IMG/VR virus record: IMGVR_UViG_3300010157_000060
Location: 7,672 to 71,671 of that record
DNA: 64,000 nucleotides
DNA from: a virus
Reading direction: 5' to 3' (one strand)
The notes under the pieces were generated by a model. It searched no databases. It was given only the letters and a program-made list of their open reading frames with translations, and had not been told where the DNA came from. Below are positions 38,832 to 47,227 of the stretch, in pieces (position 1 is the stretch's first letter; every line of letters begins with the position of its first letter). The position numbers and the translations under genes were made by a program.

Positions 38832-39815
38832 ATGGCTACACCAGTTACAAGATCAGAGTTCAAAGAGTACTGCCTGCGTAAGCTAGGCAAGCCGGTCATT
38901 GAGATCAACGTTGACGACGATCAAGTAGAGGACCGCATCGACGAGGCGCTCAAGTACTACTACGACTACCACTTTGATGGTACGGAGAAGATGTACTACA
39001 AGTACGTCTTCGGAGCAGGTGACTTTCCAGACGCAGTAAAAGAGATCGTCGTCAACAGCGGCGGCACTGGGTACTCAAATGGCGATACGGTCACCATCAC
39101 GAGAGCTACTGGAACCACTGAGGGATCCGGAGCTACTGCTACTCTCACGACTTACGCTAACGGTACCATATCATCGATCAACATGACTAATAACGGATCT
39201 ATGTACAGGAAAGATCCGATAGTCACTATCAACACCGCTACTGGATCTGGAGCTGATGTGTCCGGATACGTTGGCGGCTACATCACCATGCCACAGAACA
39301 TCATAGGCGCGGTCAATATATTCCCGATCGGCGACTACATAGCCACTAACAACATCTTCAACATACGCTACCAGATAGCTCTCAATGACCTGTACACTCT
39401 AACTTACCAGTCGATGGTTCCGTACTACATGGCTTTCCAGCAGCTGCAGCTGCTGGAGGACCTCCTCGTCGGTAAGCAACCTATCAGGTACAACAGGAAC
39501 ACCAATAGGTTCTACATAGACATGAACTGGCAGAAAGTAAGCGCTGGCCAGTACCTAGTTATCGAGGCTTACCAGATCGTAGATCCAGCTAAGTTCCCTG
39601 ATGTCTGGGGAGATCGCTGGCTTCAGAGGTACGCGGCGCAGCTCATCAAGAAGCAGTGGGGAACTAACTTGACTAAGTTCTCCGGGATGGTTCTTCCAGG
39701 AGGTGTCACTTTCAACGGAGAGAAGATATACAACGATGCTGAAGCTGAGCTGGAGAAGCTTGAAACTGAGATGTCAACGTCGTACTCGCTGCCAGCTTAT
39801 GACATGATCGGCTAA
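38832..39815 (+). CDS. gp13: Neck protein gp13 with an inserted beta domain
   Basis: YCLRKLGKPVIEINVDDDQVEDRIDEAL, YHFDG, KKQWGTNLTKF, LPGGVTFNG. Confidence 0.93.
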   Translation: MATPVTRSEFKEYCLRKLGKPVIEINVDDDQVEDRIDEALKYYYDYHFDGTEKMYYKYVFGAGDFPDAVKEIVVNSGGTGYSNGDTVTITRATGTTEGSGATATLTTYANGTISSINMTNNGSMYRKDPIVTINTATGSGADVSGYVGGYITMPQNIIGAVNIFPIGDYIATNNIFNIRYQIALNDLYTLTYQSMVPYYMAFQQLQLLEDLLVGKQPIRYNRNTNRFYIDMNWQKVSAGQYLVIEAYQIVDPAKFPDVWGDRWLQRYAAQLIKKQWGTNLTKFSGMVLPGGVTFNGEKIYNDAEAELEKLETEMSTSYSLPAYDMIG

Positions 39816-39818
39816 TAG

Positions 39819-40544
39819 ATGGCTACCAACTTCTTCTTCAATAACTTCGGTTCCTCGCAAGAGCAGTCTCTAGTTGAGAACTTGATCATTGAGTCCATCA
39901 AGATCTACGGCATAGACGTGTACTACATTCCTAGGACGGTGCAGAACAGGGACGGGATATTCAGGGAAGCTGAGTACTCAAGTTTCGACAGCGCTATACT
40001 AGTTGAGATGTACATAAAGAACACCGACGCGTTCGAGGGCGACGGCGAGTTCTTGTCTAAGTTCGGTATACAGGTCAGGGACCAGATCACCTTCACCATG
40101 GCCCAGAGAGTATTTGCTGAGGAGATCGGTGACGGCATAAGCAAGAGCAGGCCACAAGAAGGTGACCTAATATACTTCCCGCTGACCAACACCGTCTACC
40201 AGATCAAGCTAGTTGACGTCAAGGCCGTGTTCTACCAGTTCGGCGCTTTGCAGACCTACGACATCACATGCGAGCTCTATGAGTCGAACAGCGACGTGTT
40301 CAACACTGGAATACCGCAAGTCGATCTCAAGTACAACGCTCTCACTCTCACGTCGGATGGATATGAGATGCTAAGTGAATCTGGAAACATTCTCATAACT
40401 GAGAGCAATGAGACCATACTCATTGAGACATATGAAGTTGAGAACATCGACGCTCAGGCCCAGAACGAGGAGTTTGAGAAAGAAGCTCAGGATATCATTG
40501 ACTTCACTGAGAGGGATCCGTTCAGCGAGGGAGTTAGGTCGTAA
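39819..40544 (+). CDS. gp14: Neck protein gp14
   Basis: EQSLVENLIIESIKIYGIDVYYIPR, LSKFGIQVRD, RPQEGDLIYFP. Confidence 0.93.
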   Translation: MATNFFFNNFGSSQEQSLVENLIIESIKIYGIDVYYIPRTVQNRDGIFREAEYSSFDSAILVEMYIKNTDAFEGDGEFLSKFGIQVRDQITFTMAQRVFAEEIGDGISKSRPQEGDLIYFPLTNTVYQIKLVDVKAVFYQFGALQTYDITCELYESNSDVFNTGIPQVDLKYNALTLTSDGYEMLSESGNILITESNETILIETYEVENIDAQAQNEEFEKEAQDIIDFTERDPFSEGVRS

Positions 40545-41359
40545 TGCTGTCAGTACCGTTCTACCACTCACTCTTAAAGAAGTACGTGATCGTCTTTGGA
40601 ACTCTGTTCAACAACATAAGAATAGAGAGGTTCAACTCAGATGGCACAGTGCACGACACTCTAAAAGTTCCGATAGCTTATGGACCAAGAGAGAAGTTCT
40701 TAGCGAGAGTTGAGGCCAACCCTACGGGTATAGCTGATACGGCGATCTTACTTCCTAGGATCGGATTTGAGATGACTGGGATCAGCTATGCCTCTGACAG
40801 GAAGCTCCAGACCACGACTCCGATCTACACCAAGAACAACGTCAACGGCAACAGCGTCCTGAAGAAAGTTTACCAGCCAGTTCCGTACGATATCCAGTTC
40901 ACGATGTCCATAATATCAAAGAGCACCGAAGACGGTGCTAGGATCATCGAGCAGATACTCCCGTACTTTACACCAGAGTGGACCATAAGCGTTAAGCTGT
41001 TGAGTGACTTCGATAACTACACTGACATACCGATCGTCATAAATAACTTGGACATCCAAGATGAGTATACAGGTGACTTCAAGGAGAGAAGAGCTCTCAC
41101 TTATACGATGGTATTCAATATGAAAGCTTACCTGTTTGGACCAGTAACTCAGTCCAAGGTAATTAAGATATCGAACGTGAACATGCTAGCGCCACTTGAG
41201 TCGAACACGGTACTAACGAAGATAGTCGCGCGACCCGGGCTTGACGCGAACGGCAATCCGACTACGTTGTTGGCCAACACGATACCTTACCAGCAGATCG
41301 ACGAGACTGACAACTTCGGCTACATCGTAACATCATCGAGCTTCCCAAATGTCCAGTAA
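40544..41359 (+). CDS. gp15: Tail sheath stabiliser/completion protein gp15
   Basis: FGTLFNNI, KVPIAYGPREKFLAR, LPRIGFE, IIEQILPYFTP. Confidence 0.93.
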   Translation: MLSVPFYHSLLKKYVIVFGTLFNNIRIERFNSDGTVHDTLKVPIAYGPREKFLARVEANPTGIADTAILLPRIGFEMTGISYASDRKLQTTTPIYTKNNVNGNSVLKKVYQPVPYDIQFTMSIISKSTEDGARIIEQILPYFTPEWTISVKLLSDFDNYTDIPIVINNLDIQDEYTGDFKERRALTYTMVFNMKAYLFGPVTQSKVIKISNVNMLAPLESNTVLTKIVARPGLDANGNPTTLLANTIPYQQIDETDNFGYIVTSSSFPNVQ

Positions 41360-41729
41360 AGACGTGATAGGCCAGTCTCTGGGATTACCTCCCATGGTGG
41401 AGAGATCAAAGATCACTGAGATCGTTCCAAAAGTACAGAACAACGACTATGAGTTCGCGCGCACTAACTTGTACGATGTCATTGAGAAAGGAGCTGACGC
41501 TCTTGACCACATCATGGACATCGCTAAGCAGTCGGAGTCCCCTAGGGCATTTGAGGTAGTGACTAACTTGATCAAGACGATGGTCGATGCCAATAAGGAC
41601 CTGCTTGAGTTACAGAAGAAGAACAAAGAGCTCACGAGGGAGGACTCTCCTGAGCAGAAGAACGTGACCAACAATAACCTGATACTTACAACTGACCAGC
41701 TATTGAAGATGATAAAAAATAACCAGTGA
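41349..41729 (+). CDS. gp16: Terminase small subunit gp16
   Basis: DYEFARTNL, AKQSESPRAFEV, TNNNL. Confidence 0.9.
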   Translation: MSSKDVIGQSLGLPPMVERSKITEIVPKVQNNDYEFARTNLYDVIEKGADALDHIMDIAKQSESPRAFEVVTNLIKTMVDANKDLLELQKKNKELTREDSPEQKNVTNNNLILTTDQLLKMIKNNQ

Positions 41730-41736
41730 GGATAAT

Positions 41737-42423
41737 ATGGCCCAGTACAGCATGATGAATATATTTCCGGTCAACTTTGGAGTAATCAACTTAGGCGAAG
41801 AGTCTAGGGAGATGAACAAGAGGATCGTTCAGGAGATCTACAACTTAAAAGAAGAAGAGAAGAGGATGCTTCGAACCGGTGTTGGTGTGTACCAGACAAC
41901 TCTCGGAGTAGAGAAGAGGTCCTCTCTCTTGAGCCAAGTTAACCAGCACATTCACGAACTACTCCAGCAGTACTTCAAAGACTCCGGAGTTAAAGATCTA
42001 GATGCTCTTAGAACTGAGAACTGCTGGTTCAACTACAACAACGACGCGAATGCCTACCACGTTCCCCACTTGCACGGGCACGGGTCAACTGTGTTCTCAT
42101 ATGTGTACTACCCATCTTCTGGAATCTTAGATGGAAAGCACCTGTCAGATGACCAGAACTTAGATGAGGAGTTCGTCATGGACTTCACTCACGAGCCGAA
42201 GCCGGGGTCAATATCGTTCATGGATCCAGCTTACAACGTTAAGAGGCAGATCATACCTAGGAAGATGAGACAGCTTCCATACTACGCACTTCACGCCTCA
42301 ATAGTTCCAAGAGAGGGCATACTCGTAGTATTTCCAGCCTACTTAGTTCACTGGGTGACACCAACTCACCAAGAGAACTTTGAGAGGTTCAGCTTAGTGG
42401 GCGCAGTAAACAAGTATGACTGA
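41737..42423 (+). CDS. Putative 2OG-Fe(II) oxygenase (TIGR02466-like)
   Basis: WFNYN, HVPHLH, SYVYY, FMDP, PREGILVVFPAYLVHWV, ERFSL. Confidence 0.75.
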   Translation: MAQYSMMNIFPVNFGVINLGEESREMNKRIVQEIYNLKEEEKRMLRTGVGVYQTTLGVEKRSSLLSQVNQHIHELLQQYFKDSGVKDLDALRTENCWFNYNNDANAYHVPHLHGHGSTVFSYVYYPSSGILDGKHLSDDQNLDEEFVMDFTHEPKPGSISFMDPAYNVKRQIIPRKMRQLPYYALHASIVPREGILVVFPAYLVHWVTPTHQENFERFSLVGAVNKYD

Positions 42424-44023
42424 CTTCTACTTAGGTAACAAGAACTTAAAGAGAAAAGACGTCAAGCTTGAGTTCACACTTGAGCAGGTGCAGGAGTACA
42501 TAAAGTGCTCAAAGGACATAGACTACTTCTGCCGGACTTACGTTAAGATCGTCAACGTTGACAAGGGACTGATACAGTTCACTCCATACCCCTATCAGGG
42601 GAAGATGTTCGACAAGTTTGAGTCGCACAGATACACGATCTGCAAGATGCCACGTCAGGTCGGTAAGACGACGGGCGTCGTGGGATACTTACTTCATAAG
42701 ATCCTATTCAACGAGAACTACAACGTGGCCGTCTTAGCTAACAAGGAGAGGCAAGCTCGCGAGATCTTGGCTCGCGTTCAATTAGCATATGAGTGGCTTC
42801 CAAAGTGGCTCCAGCAGGGCATCGTTGAGTGGAACAAGTCTTTCGTTGAGCTTGAGAATGGGTCGAAGGTCTTTGCCTCATCGACCTCATCTAGCGCTAT
42901 CCGCGGTCAGTCGTACAACCTCATCTACCTCGACGAGTTCGCGTTCGTTCCTCGCAACATACAGGACCAGTTCTTCGCCTCGGTCTTCCCGACCATCTCA
43001 TCTGGTCAGACGACTAAGCTCATCATCACCTCAACACCAAACGGCATGGACCTCTTCTACAAGCTGTGGGTGGACTCTGAGCAGGGAAGGAACTCGTACG
43101 GCAGAGTCGACGTTCACTGGTCAGACGTCCCGGGCCGCGATGAGGCTTGGAAAGACGAGATGATCCGCAACACCTCGATAGACCAGTTCAGGCAAGAATT
43201 TGAGTGCGAGTTCTTGGGATCATCTAACACCCTCATCCACCCAGCTGTTCTGTCTAAGCTCGTGTTCTTCAATCCAATAAGAGAGCTGTACGGCGTTAAG
43301 GTGTACGAGGAACCGATAAGAGGTCACGTATACGTCATGACCGTCGACGTCGCTGAGGGCTTGGGACTAGACAGCTCAGCTTTCACTATAGTCGATGTAT
43401 CTCAAGTTCCGTATCAGGTAGTAGCTACTTACAAGAACAATAACATGTCAGAGCTACTCTACCCAACTCTCTTGTCGAATGTAGGTAAGTACTACAACGA
43501 CGCTTCGATTCTAGTTGAGACGAACCTCGGATCGCAGGTGGTCAATATCCTCCATCAAGACCTAGAGTATGATAACGTGGTAATGACGAAGGTCAGCGGC
43601 AGAAGGGGAGTTACTCTTGGAGCCGGCGGCATGCAGTCCCGCTTGGGCTTGAAGACGACTAAGTCTACGAAGAGAATAGGCTGCGCAAACATAAAGTCTC
43701 TGATTGAGACTAACAAGATAATACTGAATGACTACGATATCATAAACCAGCTATCTACTTACGTCGTCGACGGCTCTTCTTATAATGCTGAAGAGGGCCA
43801 CCACGACGACCTCGTTATGTGCTTGGTTCTCTTCGCTTGGATGGTAAGTCAAGAGTACTTCAAGGAGGTCTCAGACACCGACGTCAGGAAGAGAATTCTA
43901 GAGGATAACGAGAGGCAAATGGAGGAGGAGATGACCCCATTTGGCATATTTGACGATGGCATGCCTGAAGAATCAGTGCAGACGGTAACGGACGAAGAGT
44001 TCAATTCCATTCTTCTAAACTGA
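42416..44023 (+). CDS. gp17: Terminase large subunit gp17
   Basis: Walker A MPRQVGKT, Walker B IYLDEFAF, TSTPNG, FRQEFEC, HDDLVM. Confidence 0.97.
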   Translation: MTDFYLGNKNLKRKDVKLEFTLEQVQEYIKCSKDIDYFCRTYVKIVNVDKGLIQFTPYPYQGKMFDKFESHRYTICKMPRQVGKTTGVVGYLLHKILFNENYNVAVLANKERQAREILARVQLAYEWLPKWLQQGIVEWNKSFVELENGSKVFASSTSSSAIRGQSYNLIYLDEFAFVPRNIQDQFFASVFPTISSGQTTKLIITSTPNGMDLFYKLWVDSEQGRNSYGRVDVHWSDVPGRDEAWKDEMIRNTSIDQFRQEFECEFLGSSNTLIHPAVLSKLVFFNPIRELYGVKVYEEPIRGHVYVMTVDVAEGLGLDSSAFTIVDVSQVPYQVVATYKNNNMSELLYPTLLSNVGKYYNDASILVETNLGSQVVNILHQDLEYDNVVMTKVSGRRGVTLGAGGMQSRLGLKTTKSTKRIGCANIKSLIETNKIILNDYDIINQLSTYVVDGSSYNAEEGHHDDLVMCLVLFAWMVSQEYFKEVSDTDVRKRILEDNERQMEEEMTPFGIFDDGMPEESVQTVTDEEFNSILLN

Positions 44024-44028
44024 TAATT

Positions 44029-44036
44029 TATAAATA
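44029..44036 (+). promoter_or_regulatory. T4-type late promoter
   Basis: TATAAATA in the intergenic space before gp18; SD AAGGAG follows. Confidence 0.8.
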
Positions 44037-44088
44037 AGACATAAGATACACGATCTTTAGATTGTTTATGATATAAAAGGAGAAAACA

Positions 44089-46611
44089 ATGCCTTTCCAA
44101 GTAAGTCCTGGCGTTAATGTCACTGAAATTGACTTAACAACAATCGTTCCCGCAGTATCTACTACTGAAGGCGCGATCGCCGGCGTCTTTAGATGGGGCC
44201 CAGTTGAAGAAGTTAAGCTAATTTCTTCTGAAGACCAGCTGGTCCAGTACTACGGACGCCCAACTGCAAATAACTTCGAGACTTGGTTCACTGCGGCCAA
44301 CTTCCTCGCTTACGGTAATAAGCTCTACGTTTCTAGAGCAGGAGCTGCTAACAGCTACAATGCTGGCGCAGCTGTTACCGACGACTACACACTCGACACG
44401 GTCGCTATCAACGTTGGCGGTACATCCGGAAGCTACGTTCCCGGTGACGTCCTAACTGTAGACGGTGGATCATACGACGCAGTGGCTACTATCAACGTAG
44501 TAACAACTGAAGTAAGAACTCTCACAGTTACTTCGGGTCAAGCTGGTACTGGATACACCAACGGCGACATCATCACTGTTTCTGGTGGTACTGGAACTTC
44601 ATCTAACGCTTCTGTTACGACGAACGGTGCAGGCGTACCAACTTCGGTGACCATCATCAACCGCGGTTCTTACACTGTCAACCCAACTCTATCAGCAGCC
44701 TCGATCACCGGCGGCACTGGATCTAACCTCAAAGTTGATATCACTACTAGGGCACTCTCCGCAGCTGTCATCAGCGTTGGATCATACACCGACCTCCCAT
44801 CAGTGACTACTGGTCACATACCAACCGGCGGATCAGGTTCAGGTCTAAGACTCAACTTAACTTTTACTCAGGGTAGCGCGATCACCAGCACTACCATCAA
44901 GAACAAAGACGACTACGAGTCAAGAGTAGGTACTTTTGATACCGACGCTCTCTACTTCGCTAAGTACCCAGGATATCGCGGTAACTCACTTAAAGTTGCT
45001 GTCTGCGACTCCGCTGTAGCTTACTCAAATACGCTGACTGGAAACTCTGACTCCATTCCAGCTTTTGCTGCTGTAGTCAACAGCAACAACATAGTCGTAA
45101 CCGTGACGAGCGCTACTTCCAACACCAACGCCAACACTATGGCGGCGAGCATCGCTTCGGCTATCAAGGTCGGTGACTGGCTAGCAGTAGGAAACTCATC
45201 TATCGGAACTCAGTACCTCAAGGTATCCACTAAGGGAACTGTGGCATCAAACACAACTTACGCTAACAGCACGGTAAATGGCGCTGGATTTACTCTAACG
45301 TTCACTTCACCGTTCTCTCTGGCAGCTAACATCTCCTCGAACTCAGTGTCTAGGAACTGGGAGTACTTCAACTACGTTGATACAGCTCCTGGAACTTCTA
45401 CTTTCGCTACACAGCGCGGTGGAACTAGCGATGAGCTGCACATCCTAGTCGTTGACGAGGACGGCATCATCAGCGGAACTGCTGGAACGGTCCTTGAGAC
45501 TTGGAGGAACCTATCTAGGGCTTCCGATGCTAAGAACGAGCAGGGAACTCTGATATACTACAAGGACTTCCTGAATGCTAGCTCTCAGTACGTCTGGTGG
45601 GCAAATCACAGGTCTGGCTACAACGTCACGACCGCTGACAGCATCACTGGAATCACGACTGCTCCACTTAACCTATCACTATCCGGTGGTACGGACGGTG
45701 TTACTGAGTCCACTCAGACTCTTGCTAACATGGCTACAGCTTACGACAAGTTCAAGAGCACTGAGTCGATCGACATCTCTCTTGTCCTAACTGGTAAGTC
45801 ACAGTACGGAACGAACAACGAAGGTCTGGCTAACTACCTGATCGACAACATCGCTGAGTACCGCAAGGACTGCGTGGTGTTCGTGTCAGCCCCACGCTCA
45901 GCAGTTGTTCTAAATCCGGGCAGTGAGTCATCGAGCATCGTTTCTTTCAGGAACTCGCTCCGCTCTACTTCATACGCGGTTCTGGACTCCGGCTATAAGT
46001 ACCAGTACGACAAGTACAACGATACTTACCGCTGGGTACCCCTGAACGGCGACGTCGCTGGTACGGTTGTCCGCACCGACGATACTCGCGATCCTTGGTT
46101 CTCACCAGCCGGCTTCAACCGCGGTCAGATCAAGAACGTCGTGAAGCTAGCTTTCAACCCAGACAAAGCTAACAGGGACGTTCTCTATAAGAACGGTATC
46201 AACCCAGTGGTTAACTTCCCTGGAGACGGTCCGATCCTGTATGGAGATAAGACCCTATTAGCCAAGCCATCAGCTTTCGATCGCATCAACGTTCGCAGGC
46301 TATTCATTGTTCTTGAGAAATCAATCTCAACGGCATCTAAGTTCTCCCTATTTGAGTTCAACGATGAGTTCACTAGGGCGACATTTAGGAACCTCGTTGA
46401 GCCTTACCTAAGGGACGTTCAGGGACGCCGTGGTATCTACGACTTCAGGGTAGTGTGCAATGAAACGAACAATACTCCTGAGAGAATAGATAGAAATGAG
46501 TTCTGGGGAGACATCTACGTCAAGCCAGCTAGATCAATCAACTTCATCCAGCTTAACTTCGTCGCTGTTCGCACCGGCGTAGAGTTCGATGAAGTCGTCG
46601 GCAGATTCTAA
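44089..46611 (+). CDS. gp18: Tail sheath protein gp18 with inserted domains
   Basis: SPGVNVTEIDLT, WFSPAGFNRG, FDRINVRRLF, FEFND, KPARSINFIQLNF. Confidence 0.97.
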   Translation: MPFQVSPGVNVTEIDLTTIVPAVSTTEGAIAGVFRWGPVEEVKLISSEDQLVQYYGRPTANNFETWFTAANFLAYGNKLYVSRAGAANSYNAGAAVTDDYTLDTVAINVGGTSGSYVPGDVLTVDGGSYDAVATINVVTTEVRTLTVTSGQAGTGYTNGDIITVSGGTGTSSNASVTTNGAGVPTSVTIINRGSYTVNPTLSAASITGGTGSNLKVDITTRALSAAVISVGSYTDLPSVTTGHIPTGGSGSGLRLNLTFTQGSAITSTTIKNKDDYESRVGTFDTDALYFAKYPGYRGNSLKVAVCDSAVAYSNTLTGNSDSIPAFAAVVNSNNIVVTVTSATSNTNANTMAASIASAIKVGDWLAVGNSSIGTQYLKVSTKGTVASNTTYANSTVNGAGFTLTFTSPFSLAANISSNSVSRNWEYFNYVDTAPGTSTFATQRGGTSDELHILVVDEDGIISGTAGTVLETWRNLSRASDAKNEQGTLIYYKDFLNASSQYVWWANHRSGYNVTTADSITGITTAPLNLSLSGGTDGVTESTQTLANMATAYDKFKSTESIDISLVLTGKSQYGTNNEGLANYLIDNIAEYRKDCVVFVSAPRSAVVLNPGSESSSIVSFRNSLRSTSYAVLDSGYKYQYDKYNDTYRWVPLNGDVAGTVVRTDDTRDPWFSPAGFNRGQIKNVVKLAFNPDKANRDVLYKNGINPVVNFPGDGPILYGDKTLLAKPSAFDRINVRRLFIVLEKSISTASKFSLFEFNDEFTRATFRNLVEPYLRDVQGRRGIYDFRVVCNETNNTPERIDRNEFWGDIYVKPARSINFIQLNFVAVRTGVEFDEVVGRF

Positions 46612-46624
46612 GAGGGGATGAACA

Positions 46625-47164
46625 ATGACTTTCTCAATTAATGATATCAGATCAGAGCTACAGTTTGGTGGCGCTCGTCCCTCGCTATTCAGGGTACAGA
46701 TCACCAATCCAATAACTCAGGTCGCAGAGCTCAAGATCCCTTTCCTAACGGTTAGGGCAGAGCTTCCTGCAACAACACTAGGCTCGATCGCAGTTCCGTA
46801 CTTCGGTCGTAAGGTATACATCGCAGGTGACCGCAACTACCAACCATGGACAGTCACGATCATCAACGACGAGGACTTCCTGATTCGCCACTCAATGGAG
46901 AGATGGAGCTACGCCATCAACTCGTTCGAGGGCAACAGGACACAGCTGGTCTCGCCGCTTCAGTACAAGTCTCAAGCTAGCGTAACTCAGTTCGGTAAAG
47001 ACGGAACTATCCTAAGAGAGTACGTTCTCAAGGGTATCTTCCCAACTGAAGTCTCAAATATCGGCCTCGACTGGAATACTCAAGATCAGATCGAAGAGTT
47101 CAACATCACGTTCCTCTACGATAGCTTCGAGGTATTCGGTTCGACTGGCGTTATCGTGAACTAA
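46625..47164 (+). CDS. gp19: Tail tube protein gp19
   Basis: GARPSLFRV, YFGRKVYIAGDR, WTVTIINDEDF, GIFPTEVS. Confidence 0.95.
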   Translation: MTFSINDIRSELQFGGARPSLFRVQITNPITQVAELKIPFLTVRAELPATTLGSIAVPYFGRKVYIAGDRNYQPWTVTIINDEDFLIRHSMERWSYAINSFEGNRTQLVSPLQYKSQASVTQFGKDGTILREYVLKGIFPTEVSNIGLDWNTQDQIEEFNITFLYDSFEVFGSTGVIVN

Positions 47165-47175
47165 GATTAAGATAT

Positions 47176-47207
47176 AGGGCTGCTATAAATACAAATATAG
47201 CAGCCCT
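47176..47207 (+). terminator. 12-bp hairpin after gp19 (terminator-like) overlapping a late promoter
   Basis: AGGGCTGCTATA-aatacaaa-TATAGCAGCCCT followed by tctctt (weak U-tract). Confidence 0.55.
47184..47191 (+). promoter_or_regulatory. T4-type late promoter for the portal gene
   Basis: Exact TATAAATA. Confidence 0.7.
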
Positions 47208-47227
47208 TCTCTTAAGGAAAATATAAT

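Noticed and set aside
42416-44023. Intein, intron or homing endonuclease in terminase (also checked uvsW, gp20, gp23, gp46)
   Set aside because: Lengths are ordinary and motifs contiguous; no splice-junction or LAGLIDADG/HNH/GIY-YIG signatures seen.
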